Assembly (NCBI RefSeq): GCF_031769215.1
Contig: NW_026782205.1
Coordinates: forward strand, 248,001-312,000
Length of the DNA stretch: 64,000 bases
Source of the DNA: Ylistrum balloti
Taxonomy: Eukaryota
Reading direction: 5' to 3'
A program made the translations under genes and the position numbers. Position 1 is the stretch's first letter. Each line of letters begins with the position of its first letter. The notes beneath the pieces are model-generated. The model saw only the letters and a list, made by a program, of their open reading frames with translations, had not been told where the DNA came from and ran no database searches. Below are positions 1-13,400 of this stretch, piece by piece.

Positions 1-1299
1 TTTCTTAGTTATTAACTCAAAATTGAAATGAAATTCAATGACCAATAGATTTCATGTTTCATTTCTGTGCACTTTAAATTTTCATGCTCTAAACTTCTCA
101 AGTTTCAGCAGCATGACTCAGCTGAAATTTGCCTGAAAGGATCCTATGATGGTCCTGACCAAGTATTGTTGTATTTTGGATTGCTCCAAAATCCAAAACT
201 GTTGTCATGCATTGCATCTTGAATAACACATTTTAAGCATCTTTTCCACTTGTGCCATTGAGCTAAGAACTGGTGGGAATGTAGTAAAGGAATTTAACAA
301 AGTATTGTTATATTTTGACTTTTTCAAGAATTCCTTGTGGTTTCTATGCAACCGCTTTGTATCCTGTTTGTGCAATCATTGTTCTTCTTAAATTCCATGT
401 GTGGGATTCAGCTTAAATTATCATGTTATCTTGTAAGTCAAAATCCAGCATGACTGCCATCTTGAAAACCATTATTAAACTTTGCCACTGCTGCTGGTGT
501 CATTGAGTTGGAAATTGATAAAGATAAAAACTTAAACAAATCAAAATTATGCTTTTGTTATTTCACATGGCAAAAGTGCTGTTGAGCTGATGGTATGATA
601 AAGAATCCACCTGTTTGTCTGACTGTCTGTTAGTAAACTTTTCCCCAAGGAAATCATAAATGAATGACCTCGACCAATTTTCAAGGTCGCAGGAGTCAAA
701 TATGTAAAGAAAAATTCGAGAATCTTCTTAAGTTCAAGAAACCAAGGTACTGATATTTAGTCAATAGGGACCTTGGATTGAATGCTACAAATGTTCCTCA
801 TATAAATGACCTTGACCTATTTTCAAGGCTACAAGGGTCAGATATATTAAACCTTTAAGAATATTCTCAAGTTTTAGTACTGATTTTTGACCAGTAGATA
901 TCACAGATGGAGTGCTGCAAAGTTGAGTCAGATGACTGTTGGGCCCATGGGCCTCTTCTTTGTTATTACCTGGTAAAGATTATATGTAACAATATCAGAA
1001 AAGGAATATAAATGATTTCATATGCTTTTGATAGCAGGACCAAAAATAATAATGACGATGATAAGAAGCATAAAAGACTCAAAATGTATTTTCTCTTCTT
1101 GTTGAAAAACTCCCATGATGCAGTCACTAAGTATTATACTAACATCGGAAAGGTGTTTAATTTTTGTGTGTGTCAAAACAGTTATCAGTAGATGAAAAAA
1201 AATCAAGTAAAATTTGATATATTAATTTTATTTCTGAGAAGAATTGTATCTTTGGTGCTGCCATTTTGTGATTAGCATGAAAATAACTTGTGTTGCCAG

Positions 1300-1458
1300 G
1301 GATGGGGAGTAAGGAAGATAACTCTTGTTGACAATGGTAAGGTGTCCTACTCAAATCCAGTCCGACAGAGCCTGTTTTTGTTTGAGGACTGCATGCAAGG
1401 AGGTCGACCAAAAGCCGAAGCAGCAGCACTGTCATTGCAGAAAATATTTCCTGGAATA
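1300..1458 (+). CDS. ATG7: ATG7 exon ([26 protein letters not shown]...QKIFPGI), 159 nt, phase 0/0
   Basis: ccag|GGA acceptor and ATA|gtaagt donor; conserved adenylation-domain motif. Confidence 0.96.
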
Positions 1459-4400
1459 GTAAGTGATGAATATTCTATCAAATTGATTTGGTCCAGATTG
1501 TGGCGTTCTCATAACAAAACTCAAAAGTGATGTCAGAAATATTGATAAGTGGAGATTGTAGGAACTTGAATTGTAACTTTTGAACTGAAACATATTTAAC
1601 ATGTATGCATATTAATGATGAGACGGTCATAATTTAGACGTGAGACGCTGGCACCAGCAAATCATTCTTCGGTGCAAAAATTACCCTCCCTACCTCCTAC
1701 TTTTTAATTAACATCGGATATCATATATCTACATATGTATTGTACATCTAGCATATTGATGAATCAGATGATCAGGTATAAATGATCAGCATTCCCTATG
1801 TGATCTTAGGTGAGGGGAGGTTTTGGTGGCCATGTCATGAAGGTTCGCCTCAATCGGCCAATAACACAGGGGATTCAATAGCATACCATCATAACGGATG
1901 GCAGTGATGAATTTGTCATGATAAATCACTGAGATTAAAACAGGACATATCGCAAGGACCATTAGGGCCCATCATAGGATCACTCATGAGATGAGAGCAT
2001 TAGGTAAACTTTCCATTGAATCAACTGCTTCTCAGTAACAAAAAGGCCCAGGGTGCTGATGCTGGGCCTGTAGCATGCTGAGATGAAGGGCTCTGAAGGT
2101 TTTTCATAATATTGACCCATATTCAAGATCACAGAGATCAAATTTGTTAATATCAAAAAATGAGCTTTTCTGATTAACAAAAGTTTCTAAGGACATGGAT
2201 GAATCCCAACAAATTTTACAGAAAAAAATTACCTTGACATGTATTCAAGGCCACAAGGGTCGAATTTGTTAAAACCTTTAAACGACTTCTTTTGATGAAC
2301 CAATATGACTAGAGAGATAGTACTTGACCCATACCCATGTTTTAGCTATAATCAGGGACATAACTGTCGATGTTTAGAGCTGACTATCAGAAACTTAAAG
2401 TTTCATGTGGAAATTGGTTGATCTGCCCACTTTGAATGCCAGTGGTGTACATGTTAATATTTAATGAACATTGAACACCAGGTGAGTGGTGCAGGCCCAT
2501 TGGGCCTGTTGTTATCAAACAGTTTGATAACATTCCCATTAATCTTGTAACCAGCTTCTTAGTGAATCTGGTTCCTTATTACTATAAACAATATTGGTTG
2601 TACAGTATATTCCTACTGTTTTGGAATGTATCATGAACCTTCTATTTCATAGCACTACTGTAACGACTTTAAGAAAGATAATTTGCATGTCTTATAGATA
2701 TTATATCATTTTATGTTATTAATTAAACTACATCCATAAGCTTATATGTAAGTGTATATGTGTACCTGTGTGTTAGAAGATGCGGGTGTGTACATGTGTA
2801 TGTACTTGTAGATGTGATTATGATAATATATAAAATGTATATGATGTTGTCTATGCAAAAAAAATGAAGATAAAGAAAAAAAATTAAAGTAATGATAAGT
2901 AAAACTTGGATGATACTCGTCTGGTAATTAGTGGTTTAGAGCATAGCTATATTGTCTCCATTTTTTGACAGGATGCACAAGGAATAGCTATGTCAATTCC
3001 TATGCCAGGTCATCCAGTATCAGGTAAGGAATCATTGATATATCTGTATACAGTTCTGTACAAACATTTAGATCTTTGTCTAAAATAATCATATAATTTG
3101 GTCCCGGAAAATACTTCTTTGTAATAAAAGTGATTAATTGTGTGCCTATTCTACAGTTTGGCAGTGTTTGACAGTTCAATTTCTTCTATGCACTTCTAAA
3201 CAGTCCTTGTAATTATGTCCCACAAATGAAGTGGGGAGACATATTGTGTTTGCTCCGTTTCTTCTTCTTCTTATTATTTATATTATCCTTATTTCTTCCA
3301 CTTTCTTCTGCCGGCGAGGTTTCCGATGCGTTTCTCATAAACTATTGCATGGGATTTAACAAAACTTTACACACATATTCATACATACGAGGCGAGTGCA
3401 GGCCACTTGAATTTTTCCAATCGGTAATCTGAGCGGTCAGCTGTGGTCAAAATTTGGCCAAATTTTAAATATTGTCCGATTTTCGTGAAAATTTGTATAT
3501 ATGTATTAGGTGGCACTATAGGAGCAAAATGGCGTAGTCCATTTTTCATTCGGCCATTGATCGGTCATCTGAGCGGTCAGCTGTGGTCATCATCATAGAT
3601 TTCTCTCAAATTTAAGATGCAGATTTCCCATAATTCCTAGCTGCACCTGCTTGATTTTTGGACTGATCAGAAAAACAAAATGACTGACAGGCAACCATCT
3701 TTAACTTCACCAAGTAAAGTTTGTTCTTGTTATTTTTTAAGAAGAACTGGATGGACCTCTCTCAGATGATCATTTGTAGGTTCCTCTTGGTCCCATGTTA
3801 TGCCTGTTTGAGTTTGGGACTTGTCAGAAAAAGTTAGACAATAAACAATCATCTTGAATGTTGACTTGGAAAGTTTGTTTGTCCCTATTTCTTGAAAGCT
3901 ACTGTATAGATCTTTCTGAAATTACATAGGTAGAATCCCATTGGTCCCTTGTTGTGCCTGTTTGATTTTGGGATTGATCATAAAACTTGATGGCATCAGG
4001 TGCTTCGAATGGTTGTTTAAAAAGTAGTTACCTGAAGGGTTTACCTTTGATGTGAACGTTACTACATGAAGTGATTATTGTTACACTGATATCCCTATCA
4101 ATTGTTAGGCATACATAGTATCCCATGATGTCAGTGTTTGAGCAAGGATAGAAAGGATTCAAATTACCACTAGACAAAAAATTATTATTTTTACCGAAAA
4201 AAATCAAGTGCCTGCCTTTTCAAACTAACCGGAGGTGTACTGTAACCTTCAGATAGTAATGAAATGCTCCAATGTTGTAAAACAGGTGGATCATTACAAG
4301 GTACTACCTGCCTATACAAACTAACCAGATGTGTACTGTAACCTTCAGATAGTAATGAAATGCTCCTATGTTGTAAAACAGGTGGATCATTACAAGGTAC

Positions 4401-7400
4401 TAAGAAGGATGTACAACAGCTTGAAGACCTCATCAAATCTCACGATGCTGTATTCCTCCTTCTAGACACCCGAGAAAGCAGATGGCTACCAACAGTCATG
4501 GCTGCTGCTCATAAGAAGGTTAAACAAGCTATTCAACAATATGTTATATGTTTTGTGTGTCAAGTGAGCTTTAGGGCATGTTGTGGTACCATCTGTCAAC
4601 TCGTTCTTCAATTCACTTCTTGACAACAAAGTGGGACTAGATTTTGACCAGTTTTTTTCTTAAACATCCTTGGATAAAAGAGAATCCATTTATTTGAATA
4701 AAAAATTCCTCTGACCCACAAAGAGGCACTCAGCAGATGAGCAGGGTGAAATAAAGGAAATAGAGGCAATTAAGAAAATCTGTTGAATATCTGTTGTAAT
4801 AAAGGGATTTGTCAGGGCTATAGTTTCCTCTAAATGTTAAGGGGCTTTTAAATGTAGATCCAAAATTGATATCAAACATGTTTATAAGGTAACTACTGCA
4901 ATGAATGTAGCAATGGTGTAGATTTAGTGTAAATGGTAGGCCCCATGTAGAGAGGTTTTTGGGAAAATATTTTCTATACAGTTAAAGGTCCCATGTAGAG
5001 AGGTAATGGGAAGTTATTTTCTATACAGTTAAAGATCCCATTTAGAGAGGTACCAGTAATAGGAAGTTATTTTCTATACAGTTAAAGGTCCCATGTGGAG
5101 AGGTAATGGGAAATTATTTTCTATACAGTTAAAGATCCCATTTAGAGAGGTACCAGAAATAGGAAGTTATTTTCTATACAGTTAAAGGTCCCATGTAGAA
5201 ACATAAGGAAAATAGATTGTGAAAAAGGTAGTTCTCATATAAGCCAGGAGAATGGGCCTCATAAATGCTAAGCTCTATGTGGAAAGGTAAATAGGAATTT
5301 GTTTGGTATAAATGGTAGGCCTAATGTAGCCAGATAAAGGGAATTTACCGGTATTTGGTAAAAATAGTAGCTTGTATTACAATATTAACTTAATTTCATC
5401 TTGTTCACATTTCTGTGTGTGGTATCCTTGGTTATCATTTTTTCAACTCAGAAAGTTAATTTGACCTCTAGAGACCTGGGGGCAGGGCCCCATATGGGAA
5501 AATTAGTCAATAATTTTGCTTCAAAACGCTGCTCTTCATAAAGGCTTGAATGGATTTAAACCAAATATGGTATGAAACATTATAAGGGAGTGGCAATGAT
5601 ATCAAACATGCATGAAGTGATCCTGAGATTGTTCTGACCAAATCTTATTTTTTTCGATTTGATCCAAAATCCAACATAACTCATCCTGATCTAAAGTCTG
5701 AACTACTTGTCCAGTTTTATTCACACCAATGAGAAAAATATTTGGAGTTTGATTTGTTAAGAAAAAGAAAGAGACGATATGTTGATATTTTTCAGCCTGA
5801 TCAAAACTTCCAACATGTTAACCGAAGTAGCCATTTTGTAACATGATTGTGCAACTGTTTTTCATGAATAGAAATTACCATTTATAAATTTTAGATACTT
5901 TCAAGTAATATTCAGAATTTGAATTCATCAGATTTGTCAGACCACTGTCAGCAAACTCTATGGTTTGTCCATCCATTTACAACAGACATTTGTCATATTA
6001 CAGATAGTTATTTGTGCTGCATTAGGATTTGACACCTTCTTGGTGATGAGACATGGTGTGAAGTCAGATACCGAGACAGACACGTCTGTGTTAGAACCTC
6101 TCTCTAGTTATACAACCATTCCTGGGGACCAGCTTGGATGTTACTTCTGTAATGACGTTGTTGCTCCTGGAAACGTAAGTGTTTTAATGGTCATTAGAGA
6201 CCAACATCTAAATGCATTCATTCATCTCTCCATGTCTGTTCATCTGTCTGTTCATCATTATCAGATGGTGGGCTATTCAAATCACTGACATCTGTGGTAC
6301 ATCGTCCATCCGTGCGTAAATAAATTTTGTTGTGCTATTTCTTGAGAAGTACTAGATGGATTTTTCTCAAATTTCATATATAGGTTCCTGTTGGTCCCTA
6401 GTTGTGCCATTTGATCTTGGGGCTGATCAGAAAAACAAAGTGGCCGACTAACAGCTAACTTGGATTTCGCCTAATAAATTTTGTTATTTCTCGAGAAATA
6501 CGTAATGGATCTCTCTCAAATATCATGTGTAGGTTCCCCTTGGTTCCTAGGTGTGCCCGTTTGACTTTGGAGCTGATTAGAAACAAAAAAATGTACTTTG
6601 GTTTTGAAAATTTGTTATTGCTATTGCTGTAAAACTACTTCATAGATCTTTCTCAAATTTCATATGTGTTCCTCTTTTTCTCCACTGAGAAACAGAAAGT
6701 GGCCAATAGGTGGTTGTTTTGGTGTTTGTTATTGCTATTTCTTGAAGTGCTGAATGGATACCACTCAAATTTCATGTGTAGGCTTCCTCTGGTCCTAGTT
6801 GTGCCCATATGATATTTGGTTTTACCAGAGAAACAAAACAGCCAACAACTAGTAATTCACTTCAGTCAACAGCCGTCACTGACCAATACCTGACACAGTC
6901 TGTAAAGTCAGAAACAAACCTCTTTAAAAGCCAGTAACACTGCAAGCATGATTATACTTCTCATTGGCTGTGATATTGTTACACTGGCAGAATCAAGTCA
7001 TCCATCAGATATGGTGACACATTGCCTGGATTTTTGCATTTTTGCAAGAAGTCATATGACTCAAGGACCAATATTGGGACATAATTTATGGTACGATGGG
7101 CTTGCTTCTATGTCAACTTAGAACTCTTTAAGCTCAGGATAAGGTGATATTTAATTCAAAGTCAAACCTTCTTCAAAACAGATCATCCTTTGTTTAAAGG
7201 TACAAACCTCTCAGGAATGAGGAGATATCCAATTAGGGACAGCTCACACTGTTTCACTCCCTCTCACTACTTACAAGATTTGGAGCAATCTGGTTACACT
7301 ACAACAGCCACTGGTCAGTCTTCTATATCAATCTGTCTTTTAAGGATTTTTTTCTCAGACCTGGAAACTGTTATATTTACATTAAATCCTTTTCTTCTGT

Positions 7401-10400
7401 TTTGTTGTTTCTAGAGTACAAGAGATCGAACTTTGGATCAACAATGCACTGTCTCCCGTCCAGGAATGTCTTTCCTAGCAAGTGCACTAGCTGTGGAACT
7501 ACTTGTCTCATTAATACAGCATCCTAAGTGGTGAGTAAGATGTCAGTGCATTTAAGGCTGTATGTCCCAGTGTCTGACACATCATTCTAAGTAGTGGATG
7601 TAAATTTGGTATGGATTTGTTTATAAAATAAAAAGATTTTGTGTACAGTATTGTAGTAGAAATCCATATGATATTCCCAGGATTGGATTTAGGTAACACA
7701 TTTGATAAGCTGTGTGTAAATTTCTGACATTTCAAATTCTTCTCATGTTCAGGAGATGGGATTTAGCTCAAACATGCCTGGAAGGATTTTGAGATGGTGT
7801 AAACAAAGTATTCCAACTTATAATATAGCTACCAAGGCCACCATAGCCAGGATGTCCCACTCCCCAACCCCTAACAAAGTTCGGTCATACTAGCTTTGAT
7901 CAGCAGAGTGGTTTTTTGCCTGTTTGTAGAAAAATCATTGGGCATTGTATTCACTCAGTTTTCATGGGATTTTCTTAAAATTTCATGCACCATATGAAGT
8001 TGTGATTCTGCTTTTTTACAACTTTATAGAGTGTTATGGCTCTTTTCTATAAAAAAATGAACTCAGTCTTGTCTGCATTCATTTATCCTCAAATAGATTT
8101 TTAAACATTTTGTGTTAAGTGCCCGTACCATTGGGAAAAATTTTGGCATTTTGGCAGCTATGCATGTTTATACCAAGTTAGAAAGGATGTTGGATTTGAA
8201 TCATGTGTACATGTTATTAAGGCATTGATGGATAAATGAATATATGACTTGGATTGGCATCAATTTATAGCTCTGAAGGTCTGGTGAACTTATGCCATAC
8301 AACAGCATGTAGTCTTTGACAGTTACCTAATCACCATCATTATGTGGTGATTGACAGAATGTATTATGGACTGAAACCTCACTTTCATTTTCTTGGTTTC
8401 TGTCATTTAAGGCTTGAATAATGTAAAAGAACTTTCCTTGATTTAAAAAATAAATCAATTAATGAATATATCTATCTCAAAACATAGAAATTAAATTAAT
8501 ATCATTTTTGCTACTTTGTAAGCAGATGCTTACTTTTGGTCCAATAGCCATAATGCAGTAATTAGTTACACTACAGTCATAAATGGCAGCGAGTAAACCA
8601 TTGAACTCTGTAATCGCAAGATTTTTCCGATGAAAAAGAAGATGTGTATGGTTGAATTTAGCAGTTTTGGGGTGAATAAATACTCCAGATTTTTGTATAG
8701 GTAAGGAAGGTAGGATGATACAGCAAATTTGTTTCATAAACAAGTCATTCATTTACTCTAAAGTTACCGACAGTTTGGCTAAATCACAGGACAGTCAAAA
8801 CGTTGATCACTACTGATTATTAAAATGTTTTATCATGTCAATTTCACAGAATGAGTCTGAATTAATTCAACTTTATGTCGGTGAAGATTCGTAGTCATCT
8901 ACCGTAATGTTATGTACAACTAGGTAACAAATTGGTCAACCAGGATGCAACCTTTTATGTTAGGAGTACTCTAGAATTGATGCATAGCTCTAAACTTGGA
9001 AGTTAAGTAATGCAAATATATATATAAATAACATTTTTGTCTAGAGCTATGTTAACCATAGCTTGTACATATTTAGTGATTTAACAATCTTATATATTGG
9101 AAGTACAAAAGGAAATTTTACTGAAGTTACAGTGGCTATTAACACATTATAAAGATTTAACTTAACCACTGGATTCTAACAAAAACTTGCTAGTCAGTAA
9201 AACTTAGTTTCAGTCATTACATTGTAATGTTTAGTTTACTTTAAATAACTTCAGTTCCCTTGGACAGATCAAACTAAAACTTTACATGTGTACTGCTTTC
9301 TTAAATGACAGTGCTTGTTATCAGGCTATTTTTGTACACATGAAAAACCATATCTAGACATTAATGTGCTGTTTGATTTATCACGTGGAATAAGCCAAAT
9401 CTGAGAAATCACATCAGTACCTCAGCTAGTCTTAATTTACACACAAATATAAAACATAACATGCCAACCAACAAATGTAGAGAATTTCTTAGATTAAAGA
9501 ACAAATTGTAAAACTTTCATGTGTCAAATGTAGAAAAAAATCTTATTTTTACGTGTCAAATAAAGAAAAAAAATGAAATTTTGATATGGCAGATTTAGAA
9601 ATCAAGTAGAAGTTTCACTGACAACCTACATCTATTTATAAGTTGACTGAAGGTTAGAAATATATTTAAAATTTACTTACGGTGTAAGAATAACGTAACA
9701 TTTTCTGTGTGGTTAGGGCTCATTAGGTATAGAAATCATGCATTATATTTTTACTGACATAACCTTGTATATAACTACTTGCATGATTATCCCTTTTAAA
9801 ATTGATATTTTTGCAGCCTGATGAATCGATAACACACAACACTGAGGGAAAAGACTTCAGAGTGAAGTTATATCTGCCAATTTGTTCTTCAATCAAAACT
9901 AATTAAATTTATTGGAAACAAAGAGAAATGTATTGTTTGTTTATCATTTACCTTTTATGTGTAAATGTAGGATTGTATTTAATGGATTAAACTGAAGACG
10001 AGCACTACAGACATAGGTTATAGTTTTATATATACAAATTTCTTTACTGTACTTATTTACTTAAAAACAACCTGATGACTAACCAAAAGAATGGCTGATA
10101 AGTTCCTATAGAATGATGCCTGACAATGTTTGCGAAAAGAAATGACCTTTACCCATATGGAAGGTCACAAGAATCAAATTTGTTGAAACTTATAACAGAC
10201 TTCTTCTGGTAAACCAAAAGTCCAGGCATCAGAATATTTAGTTGAAAAGTAGTTCTAGGTCAGAGCCTATCAAAAGTTAGAGAAAAAAAAAGAAATAGCA
10301 TTTCCCTATAATCCAGGTCAGAACTGTTACTGTTTAGAGTTGATTATTAGAAGCTGTTTGTTGTGGTAATTGGTTAAAATTGATTGTGTGTGCCCACTTT

Positions 10401-13400
10401 GAATTCAAATACACGTACATGTCAACATGCTTGTGATATTAACACTGATTCTATCTTGGAATACCAGCTGATTGATGCTGGCCCCTTGGGCCTCTTATTG
10501 ATGGTATCTTAACAATTTTTTTTTAAAGTTTGATTGGGGTTGAAAAAACCTAGCAACATTAAAAATTTACTTGTATTGTTACTATGCATTGATTTCTGAA
10601 TGACATGAAGTGTACTTACATTTCATGTCAATGTACAATTATCTGAAAGATAATCATTTTAAATCATTTATACTCTGCAGGCTTGTGAACTGACAAGATA
10701 CAACACTGAAGATAAACTTGTAGTGATCAGTTTACTTTGTCATGCTTGATCTGTATTCTTCACTCTATTGAAGTTATTGATATCAAATCACATGTTAAAT
10801 CTTGAAATTTGCTACATGCATTTTGTCACACTTTTTACATATAATAGATTGTATCTCATCTATGGAAGATCAGTGTTGAAATAGATAAAGTTTTTTATAT
10901 TGTGTTTCAGATTTCCTTGTTTTCTATATTGTGTTTCAGATTTCCTTGTTTTCTATATTGTGTTTCAGATTTCCTTGTTTTCTATATTGTGTTTCAGATT
11001 TCCTTGTTTTCTATATTGTGTTTCAGATTCCCTTGTTTTCTATATTGTGTTTCAGATTTCCTTGTTTTCTATATTGTGTTTCAGATTTCCTTGTTTTCTA
11101 TATTGTGTTTCAGATTTCCTTGTTTTCTATATTTTGTTTCAGAGTTCCTTTATACAGTACTGACATGGATCTTATGATACTGAAATATCAGGTCCATTTG
11201 TAACTTTCACATATTTCAATTAGATTGAAAATGTGATATCAGAGGCTTTATAAATACAGTGTGTGATTATTAGACAAACCACTTATATTGATGAAGCAGG
11301 ATTATTAATTCATTATGCCTATTAAACGATGAATCATATAACAGCATGCCCTGTAGTGTATGTCCTGTACAAACTCTGATGAAACTTCATAAAATCCCTG
11401 TACCTTCCCATACAAATGTAGAATTAGATACAGTAAAGCTATACCATAATTACAATTGCACATTCACCCGTTTCATCCTCTTACTGGGCTTCTTTAGGAC
11501 ATACATGTTACAATATCTGCCCCAAATCATTTTACCTAAAGAAGCCGAGAGGATAGTGAAAATGGTCCACTTGATATATAATGTCATTATGAATCTGTCC
11601 ATTGGCCCGTTATTTGTCCTTACAAACTCATACAATATTTTCTATCAAGCATCCTGCACATGCTTGATTATCATATAGAATTGAAACATCATGTAGTCTG
11701 TTTTAACAAGTTATCTAGATATACCAGAGCCCAGTTTAAACAGGTTTTGGTGTGGATCTCTAGTGAGTATAGACTGAGTCTGACAAAATAACTGTATAAA
11801 TTATGTGATATTTCAACAGTGGAAAAGCTGAGGCAGATACAAGTGCTAAAGATGACCACCTAACTAAGGATCTTCCTTGTTCTCTTGGATTAGTACCTCA
11901 TCAGGTAGGACAGAAAACAATGTATTAATTACTTGTTTATAATCAACACATTTCTAATGATGATTTATGTCATCATGGTAATGATGTCTTAATATGTTAT
12001 TCTGAATAATCTTGATACTGTTTACCTGTATAATGTTAGTTCTGACATTTTGATACTGTTTACCTGTATAATGTTGGTTCTGAGTGTTACTATAAACAGA
12101 GTTAAGCCTTGATACTGTTTACCTGTATAATGTTAGTTCTGAGTGTTACTATAAACAGAGTTAAGCCTTGATACTGTTTACCTGTATAATGTTAGTTCTG
12201 ACATTTTGATACTGTTTACCTGTATAATGTTAGTTCTGACGTGTTGATACTGTCTACCTGTATAATGTTAGTTCTGAGTGTTACTATAAACAGAGTTAAA
12301 CCTTGATACTGTCTACCTGTATAATGTTGGTTCTGATGTGTTGATACTGTCTACCTGTATAATGTTAGTTCTGCCATGTTGATACTGTATACCTGTATAA
12401 TGTTAGTTCTGACGTGTTGATACTGTTTACCTGTATAATGTTAGTTCTGACATGTTGATACTGTTTACCTGTATAATGTTAGTTCTGACGTTTTGATACT
12501 GTTTACCTGTATAATGTTAGTTCTGACGTGTTGATACTGTTTACCTGTATAATGTTAGTTCTGCCATGTTGATACTGTTTACCTGTATAACGTTAGTTCT
12601 GACATGTTGATACTGTTTACCTGTATAATGTTAGTTCTGACGTGTTGATACTGTTTACCTGTATAATGTTAGTTCTGACATGTTGATACTGTCTACCTGT
12701 ATAATGTTAGTTCTGATGTGTTGATACTGTCTACCTGTATAATGTTAGTTCTGACATGTTGATACTGTCTACCTGTATAATGTTAGTTCTGACGTGTTGA
12801 TACTGTCTACCTGTATAATGTTAGTTCTGCCATGTTGATACTGTATACCTGTATAATGTTAGTTCTGACGTGTTGATACTGTCTACCTGTATAATGTTAG
12901 TTCTGACGTGTTGATACCATGTTGATACTGTTTACCTGTATAATGTTGGTTCCTGATGTGTTGATAATGTCTACCTGTATAACGTTAGTCTGACATGTTG
13001 ATACTGTTTACCTGTATAATGTTAGTTCTGACGTTTTGATACTGTTTACCTGTATAATGTTAGTTCTGACGTGTTGATACTGTTTACCTGTATAATGTTA
13101 GTTCTGAGTGTTACTATAAACAGAGTTAAACCTTGATACTGTTTACCTGTATAATGTTAGTTCTGACATTTTGATACTGTTTACCTGTATAATGTTGGTT
13201 CTGAGTGTTACTATAAACAGAGTTAAGCCTTGATACTGTTTACCTGTATAATGTTAGTTCTGACATTTTGATACTGTTTACCTGTATAATGTTAGTTCTG
13301 AGTGTTACTATAAACAGAGTTAAGCCTTGATACTGTTTACCTGTATAATGTTAGTTCTGACATTTTGATACTGTTTACCTGTATAATGTTAGTTCTGATG

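Noticed and set aside
10900-11203. Three overlapping hydrophobic ORFs
   Set aside because: A 29-bp repeat lacking stops in all three + frames
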